From the IMG/VR virus record IMGVR_UViG_3300030012_001572, positions 1 to 64,000 of that record: a stretch of DNA of 64,000 nt; one strand, 5' to 3'. Of this stretch, positions 9,363 through 17,853 are shown piece after piece. The translations under genes and the position numbers were made by a program. The stretch comes from a virus. A model generated the notes under the pieces. The model was not told the DNA's origin and searched no databases. It saw only the letters and a program-made list of their open reading frames with translations. How positions within the stretch are numbered: the stretch's first letter is position 1; every line of letters starts with the position of its first letter.

Positions 9363-9641
9363 ATGTGCAAAGATTGTGTAAGAGCATTGAATACTATTAG
9401 CAAAGGAATGTCCGAGTTTCTCCGAGATGGTTTTGAAAACGCTATTGTGCGAGATATGTCTCCAGAAATGAATGATGAAGAAGGAATGTTCCATTTGTTC
9501 ATTTATGAATTAGTCGCAGAAACAGCGAAGCATGTCATTGATTTGACCGTTATGGAGGAATTGACTACTCAATTAATGGATAATCTCATGGAGGCCGCTA
9601 TTGATTCCAAACTACGCAGATTCCAAGATAAGCATGCTTGA
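9363..9641 (+). CDS. Hypothetical protein (cassette 3, probably leaderless)
   Basis: 92 aa; ATG ~25 nt after the TATA-like box, no RBS. Confidence 0.8.
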   Translation: MCKDCVRALNTISKGMSEFLRDGFENAIVRDMSPEMNDEEGMFHLFIYELVAETAKHVIDLTVMEELTTQLMDNLMEAAIDSKLRRFQDKHA

Positions 9642-9642
9642 A

Positions 9643-9740
9643 TCCCTTTGGCGAGGGTTTTTCCCTCATTTTCCCCTCGCCATCGGGTTATCAAAGCAAA
9701 CCATATGGTTGTAAATACTTTGGATTTACAACCTTATGAA
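9643..9740 (+). repeat. GC hairpin plus array element S4
   Basis: GGCGAGGG...CCCTCGCC hairpin; CAAAG 9692, ACCATATGGT 9700, stem GGTTGTAAAT/ATTTACAACC around CTTTG 9718. Confidence 0.9.
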
Positions 9741-9806
9741 TCATTAAATCCCAATATACGCTTCAAGGGGCGAAAGACTTGAAGAACACAACAGGAGGAA
9801 TAAATT

Positions 9807-10346
9807 ATGAAGATTAAGAACTGGAACATGAATACAAGCAAGGTTCGGGCATGGGCTGAAAACCAACCCGAATCGGATAACTTACAGGCTGTCCTACTTT
9901 CTCTCACATTGGGAGATAATGCGACATCTGATGAACTAAGAAGCACTTATTGGACTGCAATTCGTTCAATTGGCAGCACTATGCCTAATTTTCCGAAGGC
10001 TCGTCGTGGGAGAGAATCAACGCTTACCGACAATCAAGAAATTGTATTGGCGACTGTGGAGGAAAAAGTAGCGGCTGCTTATGCATCAATCCCTACTGAA
10101 TACCATGACATTCTATTGTCTGTAATCGTCCCACACGGGCGAACTGGTGGAGTTTACGCCAGTATTGATGATATGGTCGCACATTACAAGAAACAAGCAC
10201 ATAACTACATTATGCAGTCATTGAAAGACGGTAGAGTGGCTTTGACTGATGAAGGCGAATTTGACCTTGATAAGTCAGGTATGCTACAAATCACCCCTCG
10301 TCCGACTAAAGACGAGGATTCCGAAGGAGGTTCGGAAGACGAGTGA
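9807..10346 (+). CDS. Hypothetical protein (cassette 4), paralog of 11389..11895
   Basis: Shares RSTYWTAIRSIGS, FPKARRGRES and PHGRTGG; GGAGGA RBS. Confidence 0.9.
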   Translation: MKIKNWNMNTSKVRAWAENQPESDNLQAVLLSLTLGDNATSDELRSTYWTAIRSIGSTMPNFPKARRGRESTLTDNQEIVLATVEEKVAAAYASIPTEYHDILLSVIVPHGRTGGVYASIDDMVAHYKKQAHNYIMQSLKDGRVALTDEGEFDLDKSGMLQITPRPTKDEDSEGGSEDE

Positions 10347-10371
10347 TTCGGCAAGGATTTCGCCCCTTGTC

Positions 10372-10440
10372 GCCCCTTGCGGGGGGTTTACACAAAGTAA
10401 AACCATATGGTAGGGCTTTGTTCTACCTTACGATATATCA
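10372..10440 (+). repeat. GC hairpin plus array element S5
   Basis: CCCC-TTGC-GGGG; CAAAG 10393, ACCATATGGT 10402, GGTAGGGC-TTT-GTTCTACC. Confidence 0.9.
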
Positions 10441-10458
10441 CCCATTTTAACGGTTATC

Positions 10459-10743
10459 ATGCGAAAGATTACAGAAGACGCAATAAGAGCATTTAGAAAC
10501 AGACAGGAATTTAAGCGAGGAAATACTGAAGTTCGGGTTTTTGGGCATCTTTGCCAACTCCGCCTTCATGGAAATGTTATCGCTGAAGATAAAGACGGTG
10601 AATTATGGATTACTTCGGCTGGTTGGGAATCAAACACTACAAAAGAGCGACTTAACGGTTTTCCGACTGTTTCAATTCATCAAAAGGATTATCAATGGTA
10701 TTTAAACGGTAATGTATGGGATGGGGAATGGATATTAATTTAA
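10459..10743 (+). CDS. Conserved phage hypothetical protein (cassette 5, probably leaderless)
   Basis: MRKI...NTEV...LHGNVIA...AGWESNTTKERLN resembles a family common in marine phages (from memory). Confidence 0.85.
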   Translation: MRKITEDAIRAFRNRQEFKRGNTEVRVFGHLCQLRLHGNVIAEDKDGELWITSAGWESNTTKERLNGFPTVSIHQKDYQWYLNGNVWDGEWILI

Positions 10744-10834
10744 GTAATACTGTGGAGAGCGTTTTTAATTGTTTTCGCTCAGGTAATAGAGCCACGCATA
10801 GGGTAAATGTGCAAATAGCCGAAATAAAAAACAA

Positions 10835-10896
10835 TTCCCGCCTTTGGGTAAAGACAAAGCAATACCATATGGTTGCGCTTTGTGCAACCTTATACA
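10835..10896 (+). repeat. Weak hairpin plus array element S6
   Basis: CAAAG 10855, ACCATATGGT 10864, GGTTGCGC-TTT-GTGCAACC, TTATAC. Confidence 0.9.
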
Positions 10897-10919
10897 TACT
10901 ACTCATTTAATCGTATATT

Positions 10920-11240
10920 ATGACCAACCAATATAATGTTGCACTTTGCGCTGGACGACACGAAATTAAGACAAATGAGGGCGTTAGTGTTCCTAATGCT
11001 ATTTATGAGCATATTCAGAATCCTATGGATTTTGATTTCTTGGAAGGTCAGGCTAGCGAGTTTGTGTATTTTTTGCAAGATAACGATGTTGAGATTCTAA
11101 ATCTTTACATTACTGGTTTAACTCCAGCATTAACTTCATTTTTGGCATTAGCGAGCGAATGGGGAGGAAAAATTACATTGTGGCACTTTGACCGTGAAGA
11201 TTTCAGTTATAAGCCTCAATACTTTCAAAACTGGATGTAA
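10920..11240 (+). CDS. Small alpha/beta protein, possible CARF/SAVED-like nucleotide-binding fold (cassette 6)
   Basis: GRH motif; LNLYITGLTPAL strand-helix; ITLWHFDRE..SYKPQ terminal strands. The ORF is secure, the fold is tentative. Confidence 0.6.
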   Translation: MTNQYNVALCAGRHEIKTNEGVSVPNAIYEHIQNPMDFDFLEGQASEFVYFLQDNDVEILNLYITGLTPALTSFLALASEWGGKITLWHFDREDFSYKPQYFQNWM

Positions 11241-11242
11241 TC

Positions 11243-11320
11243 CGCCCCTTCGGGGGTATTACCAAAGATACTACCATATGGTTGTAATCGCTTTGCGCTT
11301 GTGTAATTACAACCTTATCC
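11243..11320 (+). repeat. GC hairpin plus array element S7
   Basis: GCCCC-TTCG-GGGGT; CAAAG 11263, ACCATATGGT 11273, stem GGTTGTAAT/ATTACAACC around CTTTG 11291. Confidence 0.9.
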
Positions 11321-11388
11321 GTCATTTGGTCGGTATTAGTGCTTCGGAAGGCATTGAGGCAGATTTCCCCTTATTGGAGGTAATTATT

Positions 11389-11895
11389 ATGAATGAAAAG
11401 AATTGGATAAAAAACACAAGTGAAGTCAGTCTATGGCTTGAAAAGGAAGATAGAGGTGATAATGGCAAGGCTATTGAATTGTCTATTATGCTCGGAAACA
11501 ACAGTAATGACGACGATATGCGTTCAACCTATTGGACGGCTATTAGGTCTATTGGGAGCGTTTATGCGGATTTCCCAAAAGCCCGTCGTGGTCGAGAATC
11601 TGCTTTGCCCGACGAAGTGGAGCAAAATGCGATTTCTGTGAAGAATGCGGTTTACGCTGCCTTTGCGGGTATTTCTAACCAAGAAGTCGTTTTGGCTGCG
11701 GTTTTGCCACATGGTAGAACTGGTGGTGCTTATGCTGATATTGACGCATTGGCTACCCATTATGCTAAGCAAGCGTATAATGCGCTTGTAAAGGGCTACA
11801 AAGAAGGTCGTTGGGATGGTTCTATGAACGGTGAAATCCCTACTATGACCCCACCTGCTGTTAAATCAGCCGAAGGAGGTCAAGAGGAAGAATGA
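11389..11895 (+). CDS. Hypothetical protein (cassette 7), paralog of 9807..10346; start reassigned to ATG 11389
   Basis: GGAGGT RBS before MNEKNW, which aligns with MKIKNW of the paralog. Confidence 0.9.
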   Translation: MNEKNWIKNTSEVSLWLEKEDRGDNGKAIELSIMLGNNSNDDDMRSTYWTAIRSIGSVYADFPKARRGRESALPDEVEQNAISVKNAVYAAFAGISNQEVVLAAVLPHGRTGGAYADIDALATHYAKQAYNALVKGYKEGRWDGSMNGEIPTMTPPAVKSAEGGQEEE

Positions 11896-11913
11896 TGCGG
11901 AAATGCCTTCCGT

Positions 11914-11970
11914 CGCCCCCTTCGGGGGGTTTCCTCTACGATGGCAAAGCCAAACCATATGGTTGTTGTA
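11914..11970 (+). repeat. GC hairpin plus array element S8 (lacks the CTTTG hairpin)
   Basis: CCCCC-TTCG-GGGGG; CAAAG 11945, ACCATATGGT 11954. Confidence 0.85.
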
Positions 11971-12154
11971 ATGTATATATAGACTATATATGGTTCATTA
12001 TAGACGCTAAATGGATTATTTAGGGATGTATGACTCGGAACATAATATTTAACAGTTGCGTGATGCGTTCTATAGAAATCTATTCAAATAGCGCATATAA
12101 TTCTATTCGATGAAATAAATCTATATATATTGCAATTCATCTCAATAGACTATA

Positions 12155-12172
12155 TACAACCATATGGCTTTG
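12155..12172 (-). repeat. Inverted terminal array element S9
   Basis: TACAACCATATGGCTTTG = reverse complement CAAAGCCATATGGTTGTA. Confidence 0.75.
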
Positions 12173-12335
12173 TTTCAAATTTTTTATTTTTGTTCATTTA
12201 AATGAATAAGCATCAATTAATCAATTTTAAACCAAAAAGCATTTATTCCACTACTTTAAAACATTAATTAGTTTAGATTAAAGGTTATTCCGAGCATATT
12301 ATATGCTATGACTTCCACCCATTAAGTGATACAGT

Positions 12336-12566
12336 ATGTCTGCCGAGAAACAGGCATTAACTTATTTAGATGAGATATTCACTATAATACGAGAAACCCT
12401 TGAAGATGCTAAACAAAACAGAAAAGATGCTAGACAACTTACTAATTCAGAAGAAAAGGCTTTACAAGAAATATTAAAGAAGATTAAACTAATATCAAAG
12501 AATTTAGACGATTATCTTAAACAATTTAGGGTGCAAACTTCATTATACGATTTTAAAGAAGATTAA
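12336..12566 (+). CDS. Hypothetical coiled-coil protein
   Basis: 76 aa ORF with a TATA-like box upstream. Confidence 0.7.
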   Translation: MSAEKQALTYLDEIFTIIRETLEDAKQNRKDARQLTNSEEKALQEILKKIKLISKNLDDYLKQFRVQTSLYDFKED

Positions 12567-12720
12567 ATATTATTATTTAAACTATTATAATTAAACTATA
12601 TGTTTTTATTCTGGGAATATAAATCTATATAAAAAAATAAAAACGCAAGTGCCAAATAAATTCCGCCACAAATTTTTGAGATTTTTTTTATTATAACGAA
12701 TTAACAGGAAAAGGATTAAT

Positions 12721-13383
12721 ATGACATGGAAAAAGATTTTAAAATACGATAATGTAGGAAACATGAGTATGAGGCAGTTTGGTAATAGAGTAATAGACGC
12801 TTTAGAAGCATTAGGCTTTGAGATTAAATACCATGATTACTACCCTACTGAGAAATTAAAGTATTATGATTCAAATGATTTGAGAAGAATGAGATATAGA
12901 GAATTTACTAATTTAAGTGATGAAGAAATGGAAGGATATGACGGTTCTTACAAGCAAGACCAATTTGGGCATGAATTAGTTATTACTGACATGGAAGAAC
13001 CTTATGCTTATGGTAGTGGATTTGGAGCAGATACTATGACAATTAAGTATTTGCCTGATGATTATGATTTATATTCAAATCCAAGAAACGAAGACTATCC
13101 TGTTTTAGTCATAAATAGCCTTAAAGTTCAATCAATTGAATTAAAGACTCAGGGTGGCAAAAAGGAAATTGATGTTGATATTGACACTAAAGAATTTAGA
13201 AATAGTCAATCAGGAGTAAGGGAGTTTGTTCAAGGTATTCTAAACTCTTTCAAGAAATACGGTCAGTATGAAGAAGATTATGGCGATATGACCGAACAAG
13301 AAATAAGAGAAGAAAGAAACGAAAGAGCAGGACAAAGATTTGCTGCTGGTGCAAGGTCATTAGGATATAGAGATGGCTATTGA
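12721..13383 (+). CDS. Acidic hypothetical protein with N-terminal WxxILK tag
   Basis: MTWKKILKY. Confidence 0.85.
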   Translation: MTWKKILKYDNVGNMSMRQFGNRVIDALEALGFEIKYHDYYPTEKLKYYDSNDLRRMRYREFTNLSDEEMEGYDGSYKQDQFGHELVITDMEEPYAYGSGFGADTMTIKYLPDDYDLYSNPRNEDYPVLVINSLKVQSIELKTQGGKKEIDVDIDTKEFRNSQSGVREFVQGILNSFKKYGQYEEDYGDMTEQEIREERNERAGQRFAAGARSLGYRDGY

Positions 13384-13393
13384 GGTGAATAAC

Positions 13394-14356
13394 ATGGGAG
13401 ATTGGGTGGCTATTTGGGAGGATATTCTTAAAGCACCTTATCCTAATCGTTTAGTCGGTAATAGAAAAGAAAGAGGTAATCGTCGTATTAAAGAAGGAAC
13501 TGGTAAATATGGTCTTTTCCGATATAATGAAATTAATGAATTGATTGGATATAGTGGTATTCGGGAAGAAATAGATGAAGCCTATGAAAAAGAGATTCAA
13601 AAGGTTATTAGACGGAACATTAGAGAATCTAAAAAGAAACTGGGTGATAGATATACTCCTGAATTGGAAAAGTATCTTAAAAGAAGAATAACTAAGAAAT
13701 TGACTGAACAAAAGAAAAAGAACCTTTATGCCACTACTTATGGAGAAGACGCAAAAGCACCTTTTGGAGAAGTAAAGACTAAACCTACTAGATGGTTCAC
13801 AGGATATAGAAAACTAGGCTATGACCCTAATGATGAAGAAGGTCTTAAAAAACTAATTAATAGAGTTGTAGGTGTTGGTAAAATGCGTTTCGTAGATTGG
13901 GAAGAACAAGCCCGAAAAGAACGAGAAAAAGAAAATGAAAAGTTTCGTGAAACTGTTTCTTTGTCTGGTTGGAGCAATTATCCTAGTTTAGCCGATGCTT
14001 ACAATAAAGGCCCACTTTCAGGAAGAGATTCGGCAAAAGCCGAAAGTGCTAAAATTATTACTGCTCAATCCGAAGGAAAATCAATTGCACATATCATTAT
14101 CTTAGAAATAAGCGATGGAAGAACTTGGTTTCATGAATTATCTGTTGATAGGGGATATAGAAGAAAAGGTGTCGCAGGTATGTTGATGGAACAATTGATT
14201 GAAACTTATGGTAATACTGAAATTACTGGTTTAATTATTCCTAGCGGGAGAATGTCTGAAGGACAATTGGCTCGCTTTTACAAAAGATATGGATTTAAAA
14301 CTAGAACTGTTCCTACAACAGATGGAACAATGGCTATTGAGATTAAGAGAGGATGA
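13394..14356 (+). CDS. GNAT-family acetyltransferase (C-terminal domain) with WxxILK tag
   Basis: IWEDILKA near the N-terminus; LSVDRGYRRKGVAG (motif A) and RFYKRYGF; GAGGTG RBS before ATG 13394. Confidence 0.85.
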   Translation: MGDWVAIWEDILKAPYPNRLVGNRKERGNRRIKEGTGKYGLFRYNEINELIGYSGIREEIDEAYEKEIQKVIRRNIRESKKKLGDRYTPELEKYLKRRITKKLTEQKKKNLYATTYGEDAKAPFGEVKTKPTRWFTGYRKLGYDPNDEEGLKKLINRVVGVGKMRFVDWEEQARKEREKENEKFRETVSLSGWSNYPSLADAYNKGPLSGRDSAKAESAKIITAQSEGKSIAHIIILEISDGRTWFHELSVDRGYRRKGVAGMLMEQLIETYGNTEITGLIIPSGRMSEGQLARFYKRYGFKTRTVPTTDGTMAIEIKRG

Positions 14357-14706
14357 ATAATATGTGGAAAGATATAATTAAAAATGAAAAGCAAGAGCGT
14401 ATAGCCCATGTTAAAAAATACCCATTTACTAAAGATTACCGATATGGCCGTTGTCAAGCAAATGATGGAACAGGCTGTATTAGAAATCTACAAAGTCCTG
14501 AAAGAAGGGAATATGCTCGTTCAAAGCCCGATGGTAAAACTTGTATGTATTGTGAGGATGACCATTACAGATACGGTGATGTTCCTAAAGAAATTTGGAG
14601 TTCTGAACAATGGAAAAAGGGCGACAAAGAAACAAGAAGAAAGATGTTGGATAAATATGTTAAAAGAAATCCAAGATACAATATGCGAGATTTTGAACCG
14701 TTTTGA
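14353..14706 (+). CDS. Cys-containing hypothetical protein with tag
   Basis: MWKDIIKN; four Cys. Confidence 0.8.
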   Translation: MNNMWKDIIKNEKQERIAHVKKYPFTKDYRYGRCQANDGTGCIRNLQSPERREYARSKPDGKTCMYCEDDHYRYGDVPKEIWSSEQWKKGDKETRRKMLDKYVKRNPRYNMRDFEPF

Positions 14707-14714
14707 GGGATATT

Positions 14715-14822
14715 ATGACAAGGTGTAAATTATTAGATGCGTGGCTCGATGTTCAATCAAAGAAGATTGATGAAAAAGAAAAGAAAACAGGAAAGGATAT
14801 TATAGCAGGTGTTTTAAAATGA
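14715..14822 (+). CDS. 35 aa hypothetical protein
   Basis: MTRCKLLDAWLDVQSKKIDEKEKKTGKDIIAGVLK; fills the gap, GAGG RBS, ATGA overlap with the next gene. Confidence 0.6.
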   Translation: MTRCKLLDAWLDVQSKKIDEKEKKTGKDIIAGVLK

Positions 14823-15193
14823 AATGGCAGAATATTTTAAAGAATGATGAAAGATTAGATTTAGAAGTGCAATTAGATAGGGCACTTGAAGAATGGGGAA
14901 TGGAACTGGATATTAGCGATTTTGAATACTTTGCTGATAGAAACGGCCCAAATCTTTCAGGAATAGAAATTGAAGTCACTTTTGAGGATTCATATGAAGG
15001 AGATGAAGATTTATCTCAAGAAGAAAAATTAGAACAAGATGCAGGTCATTACCGAATAGAATTTAGAACTGAAAAGGGCGATGAATTTGCTATGGCAGAT
15101 TATACTTATTATAATGGATATGAAGTCCATGAATTAGATACTGGAATGTTGGAAACAAGTGAAATAAAACAAGTTTTGGAGGCATTACAATGA
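14819..15193 (+). CDS. Acidic hypothetical protein with tag
   Basis: MKWQNILKN. Confidence 0.85.
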   Translation: MKWQNILKNDERLDLEVQLDRALEEWGMELDISDFEYFADRNGPNLSGIEIEVTFEDSYEGDEDLSQEEKLEQDAGHYRIEFRTEKGDEFAMADYTYYNGYEVHELDTGMLETSEIKQVLEALQ

Positions 15194-15339
15194 GTTGGAG
15201 AGATATAGTAAGAAAGAACAAACCAGATTTTTTAGATTTAGATAAAGATGGCGATAAGAAAGAGCCGATGAAAGAAGCGGCTAAAGATGCTAAAAAGAAG
15301 AAACCTAAATCTAAAAATCCGTTTACAAGGAAGGATTGA
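15190..15339 (+). CDS. 49 aa tagged protein with EF-hand-like DxDxDG loop
   Basis: Not in the ORF track: MSWRDIVRKNKPDFLDLDKDGDKKEPMKEAAKDAKKKKPKSKNPFTRKD; ATGA overlap. Confidence 0.8.
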   Translation: MSWRDIVRKNKPDFLDLDKDGDKKEPMKEAAKDAKKKKPKSKNPFTRKD

Positions 15340-15341
15340 AA

Positions 15342-15566
15342 ATGTCTTGGAGAAACCTATTGAAGTCTGATGCTCAAGAAGTAGTAGATAATATAGGTGA
15401 ATTAAGAGATATTTTGGAAGACTTGGATGAAGCAGTTAGAAGTTTCAATTCTGGGGAAATGATAGATTCAAAGGAATTAAAAAGCACTTTAGAAGATTAT
15501 GTTACTCGTAGCATAAAAGTTCAAAGTGCCTTTTCACAAATGGTAAAAAGAATAGCGAGGTCTTAA
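15342..15566 (+). CDS. Hypothetical protein with tag
   Basis: MSWRNLLKS. Confidence 0.8.
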   Translation: MSWRNLLKSDAQEVVDNIGELRDILEDLDEAVRSFNSGEMIDSKELKSTLEDYVTRSIKVQSAFSQMVKRIARS

Positions 15567-15567
15567 C

Positions 15568-16428
15568 ATGAAATGGTTTGATATTATTAAAGTAGAAGAC
15601 ATTGACTTTGACAAAGATTTAGAGGCTTTTGGTCAATATGGAGAAGGAATAGATGTTAGTAACCGACAGGATATGGACAAATTAATGAATAAATTAATAA
15701 TGAGTTCTGTATTTCAAAGTAAAAAACCCGACATAAAGGATTTTGTTAAAGAAAAAATTAGAATTAACCATGTAAGAATTTACGACTATCTTAAAGAAAA
15801 GTTAGGACGAGAACCAACAGATAAACAATTAATTGATTTCATTACAAGAACAATTATGCATGAAGGAACTCATGCTGCTATGGGTTCAGAACAAGATTCA
15901 ATGGCGGAACATCAAGCAGAATATGGAGCATTTACAGGACAATTCCCTGAAAGCACCTACATTAGATTATTAAATTTTGTTAGACACCCTGCTACAAGAA
16001 GAATGCTTTTCCCACCTGAACTAGCGGCTATGTTTAATATGAACATGAAAGATATTAGGCGAACTCCCGATATTATTGAAAAGGTTGAAGAACTTCTTGC
16101 TTATGTTGATGGAATAACTGAAGATATACCATCAGGTAAAAGTAAAGATTCAATAAAAGAAAAACTGACTCGTTTAGAAATAACAGCGAGACAAAAGGGA
16201 GAACCTATTGTTAGAGAGTGGCCTCATCAAAATATTAAAGAATATTACAGGTTTGCATTGAAACGCTATGGTGATGAAAATAAAGAATTATTAGATACTT
16301 TAGCAAGAGCAAACGGACTTGACCCTAATGAATTAAAAGCGGCTATGGCGGTAACTACTACTTCTGCACCGACAATGTTCAATAGAAAGGTTGTGCGAGG
16401 AAGAAAAAAGAAAAAGAGGGATGATTGA
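15568..16428 (+). CDS. Putative zincin-type metallopeptidase-domain protein with tag
   Basis: MKWFDIIKV; TIMHEGTHAA (HExxH) with a downstream E. Confidence 0.7.
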   Translation: MKWFDIIKVEDIDFDKDLEAFGQYGEGIDVSNRQDMDKLMNKLIMSSVFQSKKPDIKDFVKEKIRINHVRIYDYLKEKLGREPTDKQLIDFITRTIMHEGTHAAMGSEQDSMAEHQAEYGAFTGQFPESTYIRLLNFVRHPATRRMLFPPELAAMFNMNMKDIRRTPDIIEKVEELLAYVDGITEDIPSGKSKDSIKEKLTRLEITARQKGEPIVREWPHQNIKEYYRFALKRYGDENKELLDTLARANGLDPNELKAAMAVTTTSAPTMFNRKVVRGRKKKKRDD

Positions 16429-17540
16429 TGGTTAAAGAAAAGAAAAACTTTAATCCTTTTAAGGGCAACAAAGTGAATCAAAAATTGAAAAATTCTCGCT
16501 TTGTTGAAGAATTTAATACTTGGAGAGATAATTGTAAAAGTATAGGAAGTGGTGATTTATACACAAAGACTGTGCCTAATCTATATATGTTTTTAAGAAG
16601 ACATTTTGTTGCTCCTTTTGTTAGAGCAGGTAGCCGAAATAAACCAATGGAAGGAGAAGGAGTAAATGAATTATTAACTATTATTGAAAAGGCAGTTGAT
16701 GATGATTTGTTTACTGTTGGGAATGCAAAGATTATCAAGCAGTTAGCAGTTGTATTAAAAGAATATAAAGATACAGGAGAAGATGCTGGCGGAGAGGGTA
16801 TCGCTGCTGACCCTGCATTTATTTTGTTTACTGAAAAAGTAAAAGGTAGGGGCGGTCAAAAATTAAGAGATAGAACAGTTCAAGGACACTATAATAGAGC
16901 CGCACCTAAAGATTGGTTTGCAGGAAACAATGCACCCCATCAAGCGTTATTCTCAGAAACTTCTACTAAATATGCAAAACCGAGAGGATTGTTATACATC
17001 ATGGAAGACGCTACAAAGGAATTTGATAACCGTAATACAGATGGATTTGCTGACATTGAACTTGAAATAGATTCAATTCCAGATGATTTTGATGCAGAAG
17101 ACTTTGAAGAAATTAGTGCAATTGAAAAGTATTTTGATGCAGTAGTTAGGAATACAGCCTTTTGGAATGCTGGAGGAAGATTACAAGTTCCTAAGTTAAG
17201 AAAAGATTTTCAAAGTCAAACTTTCAGGCTAACTGAAAAAGACCAAGAAATTATTAGAGATTTAGCAAGATTAGGTAAAAGAAATGACCCCGATGCAATA
17301 GCAGGTAAAGTAACTGAATTTAAATTAACTGCTACTGCTTTACCTTTAATTACTTTGGTTGATAGAGCCTTAAGAAGAAAAGGAACTAATAAAGCCCCTA
17401 ACGGTTATAGAGCGTGGCAAAATTCAAGAAAGACTGGTTTTGATTATAGAAAAACTGCAAGAGAAAAGTTCGGAGATAATGCAAAAAGCCCAGACATGAA
17501 AGTAATTTCTAAAATGTGGCAAACGAATCTTTGGAGATAA
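16425..17540 (+). CDS. Hypothetical protein
   Basis: 371 aa ORF. Confidence 0.85.
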   Translation: MMVKEKKNFNPFKGNKVNQKLKNSRFVEEFNTWRDNCKSIGSGDLYTKTVPNLYMFLRRHFVAPFVRAGSRNKPMEGEGVNELLTIIEKAVDDDLFTVGNAKIIKQLAVVLKEYKDTGEDAGGEGIAADPAFILFTEKVKGRGGQKLRDRTVQGHYNRAAPKDWFAGNNAPHQALFSETSTKYAKPRGLLYIMEDATKEFDNRNTDGFADIELEIDSIPDDFDAEDFEEISAIEKYFDAVVRNTAFWNAGGRLQVPKLRKDFQSQTFRLTEKDQEIIRDLARLGKRNDPDAIAGKVTEFKLTATALPLITLVDRALRRKGTNKAPNGYRAWQNSRKTGFDYRKTAREKFGDNAKSPDMKVISKMWQTNLWR

Positions 17541-17544
17541 TACT

Positions 17545-17853
17545 ATGTGGAAAAAGATTTTAAAAGTTGATTTTTCGGAAGCCCGTAGATTAGGAGATAG
17601 ATATGCTCCTGAAGATATGGATGCTGCTAGAAAAGAAAAGAGCGAAAGCCTTCAAGGACAATTAAAGCCAGTTATTTTAAAGACTTTAGAAATGTATATG
17701 AAAGAAATGAATGAAAGAAACATTAGTGTTTTTAGAGATTCTATGTCCAGTCTATTAAGAGAATTTCCTAATCCTCCCCGCTTAAGTCGTAGCACTACTA
17801 CTGAAGCAAAGAACGATAATAAAAAGAAAATACTTGATTACTTCAAGGAGTGA
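17545..17853 (+). CDS. Hypothetical protein with tag
   Basis: MWKKILKV. Confidence 0.8.
   Translation: MWKKILKVDFSEARRLGDRYAPEDMDAARKEKSESLQGQLKPVILKTLEMYMKEMNERNISVFRDSMSSLLREFPNPPRLSRSTTTEAKNDNKKKILDYFKE

Noticed and set aside
8834-11314. N4-like template-strand hairpin promoter or hammerhead ribozyme as the identity of the element
   Set aside because: G-T wobbles favour the non-template strand, the inferred starts are ~25-30 nt from the hairpin, no virion RNA polymerase is visible here, and there is no CUGAnGA/GAAA core
11188-11388. N-terminal extension of ORF 11188..11895
   Set aside because: It runs through the previous gene, the hairpin and element S7; the RBS and paralog alignment support ATG 11389
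8000-12172. CRISPR array interpretation of the ACCATATGGT repeats
   Set aside because: Spacing is 200-840 bp with whole genes between copies, the repeats are variable, and no cas genes are present
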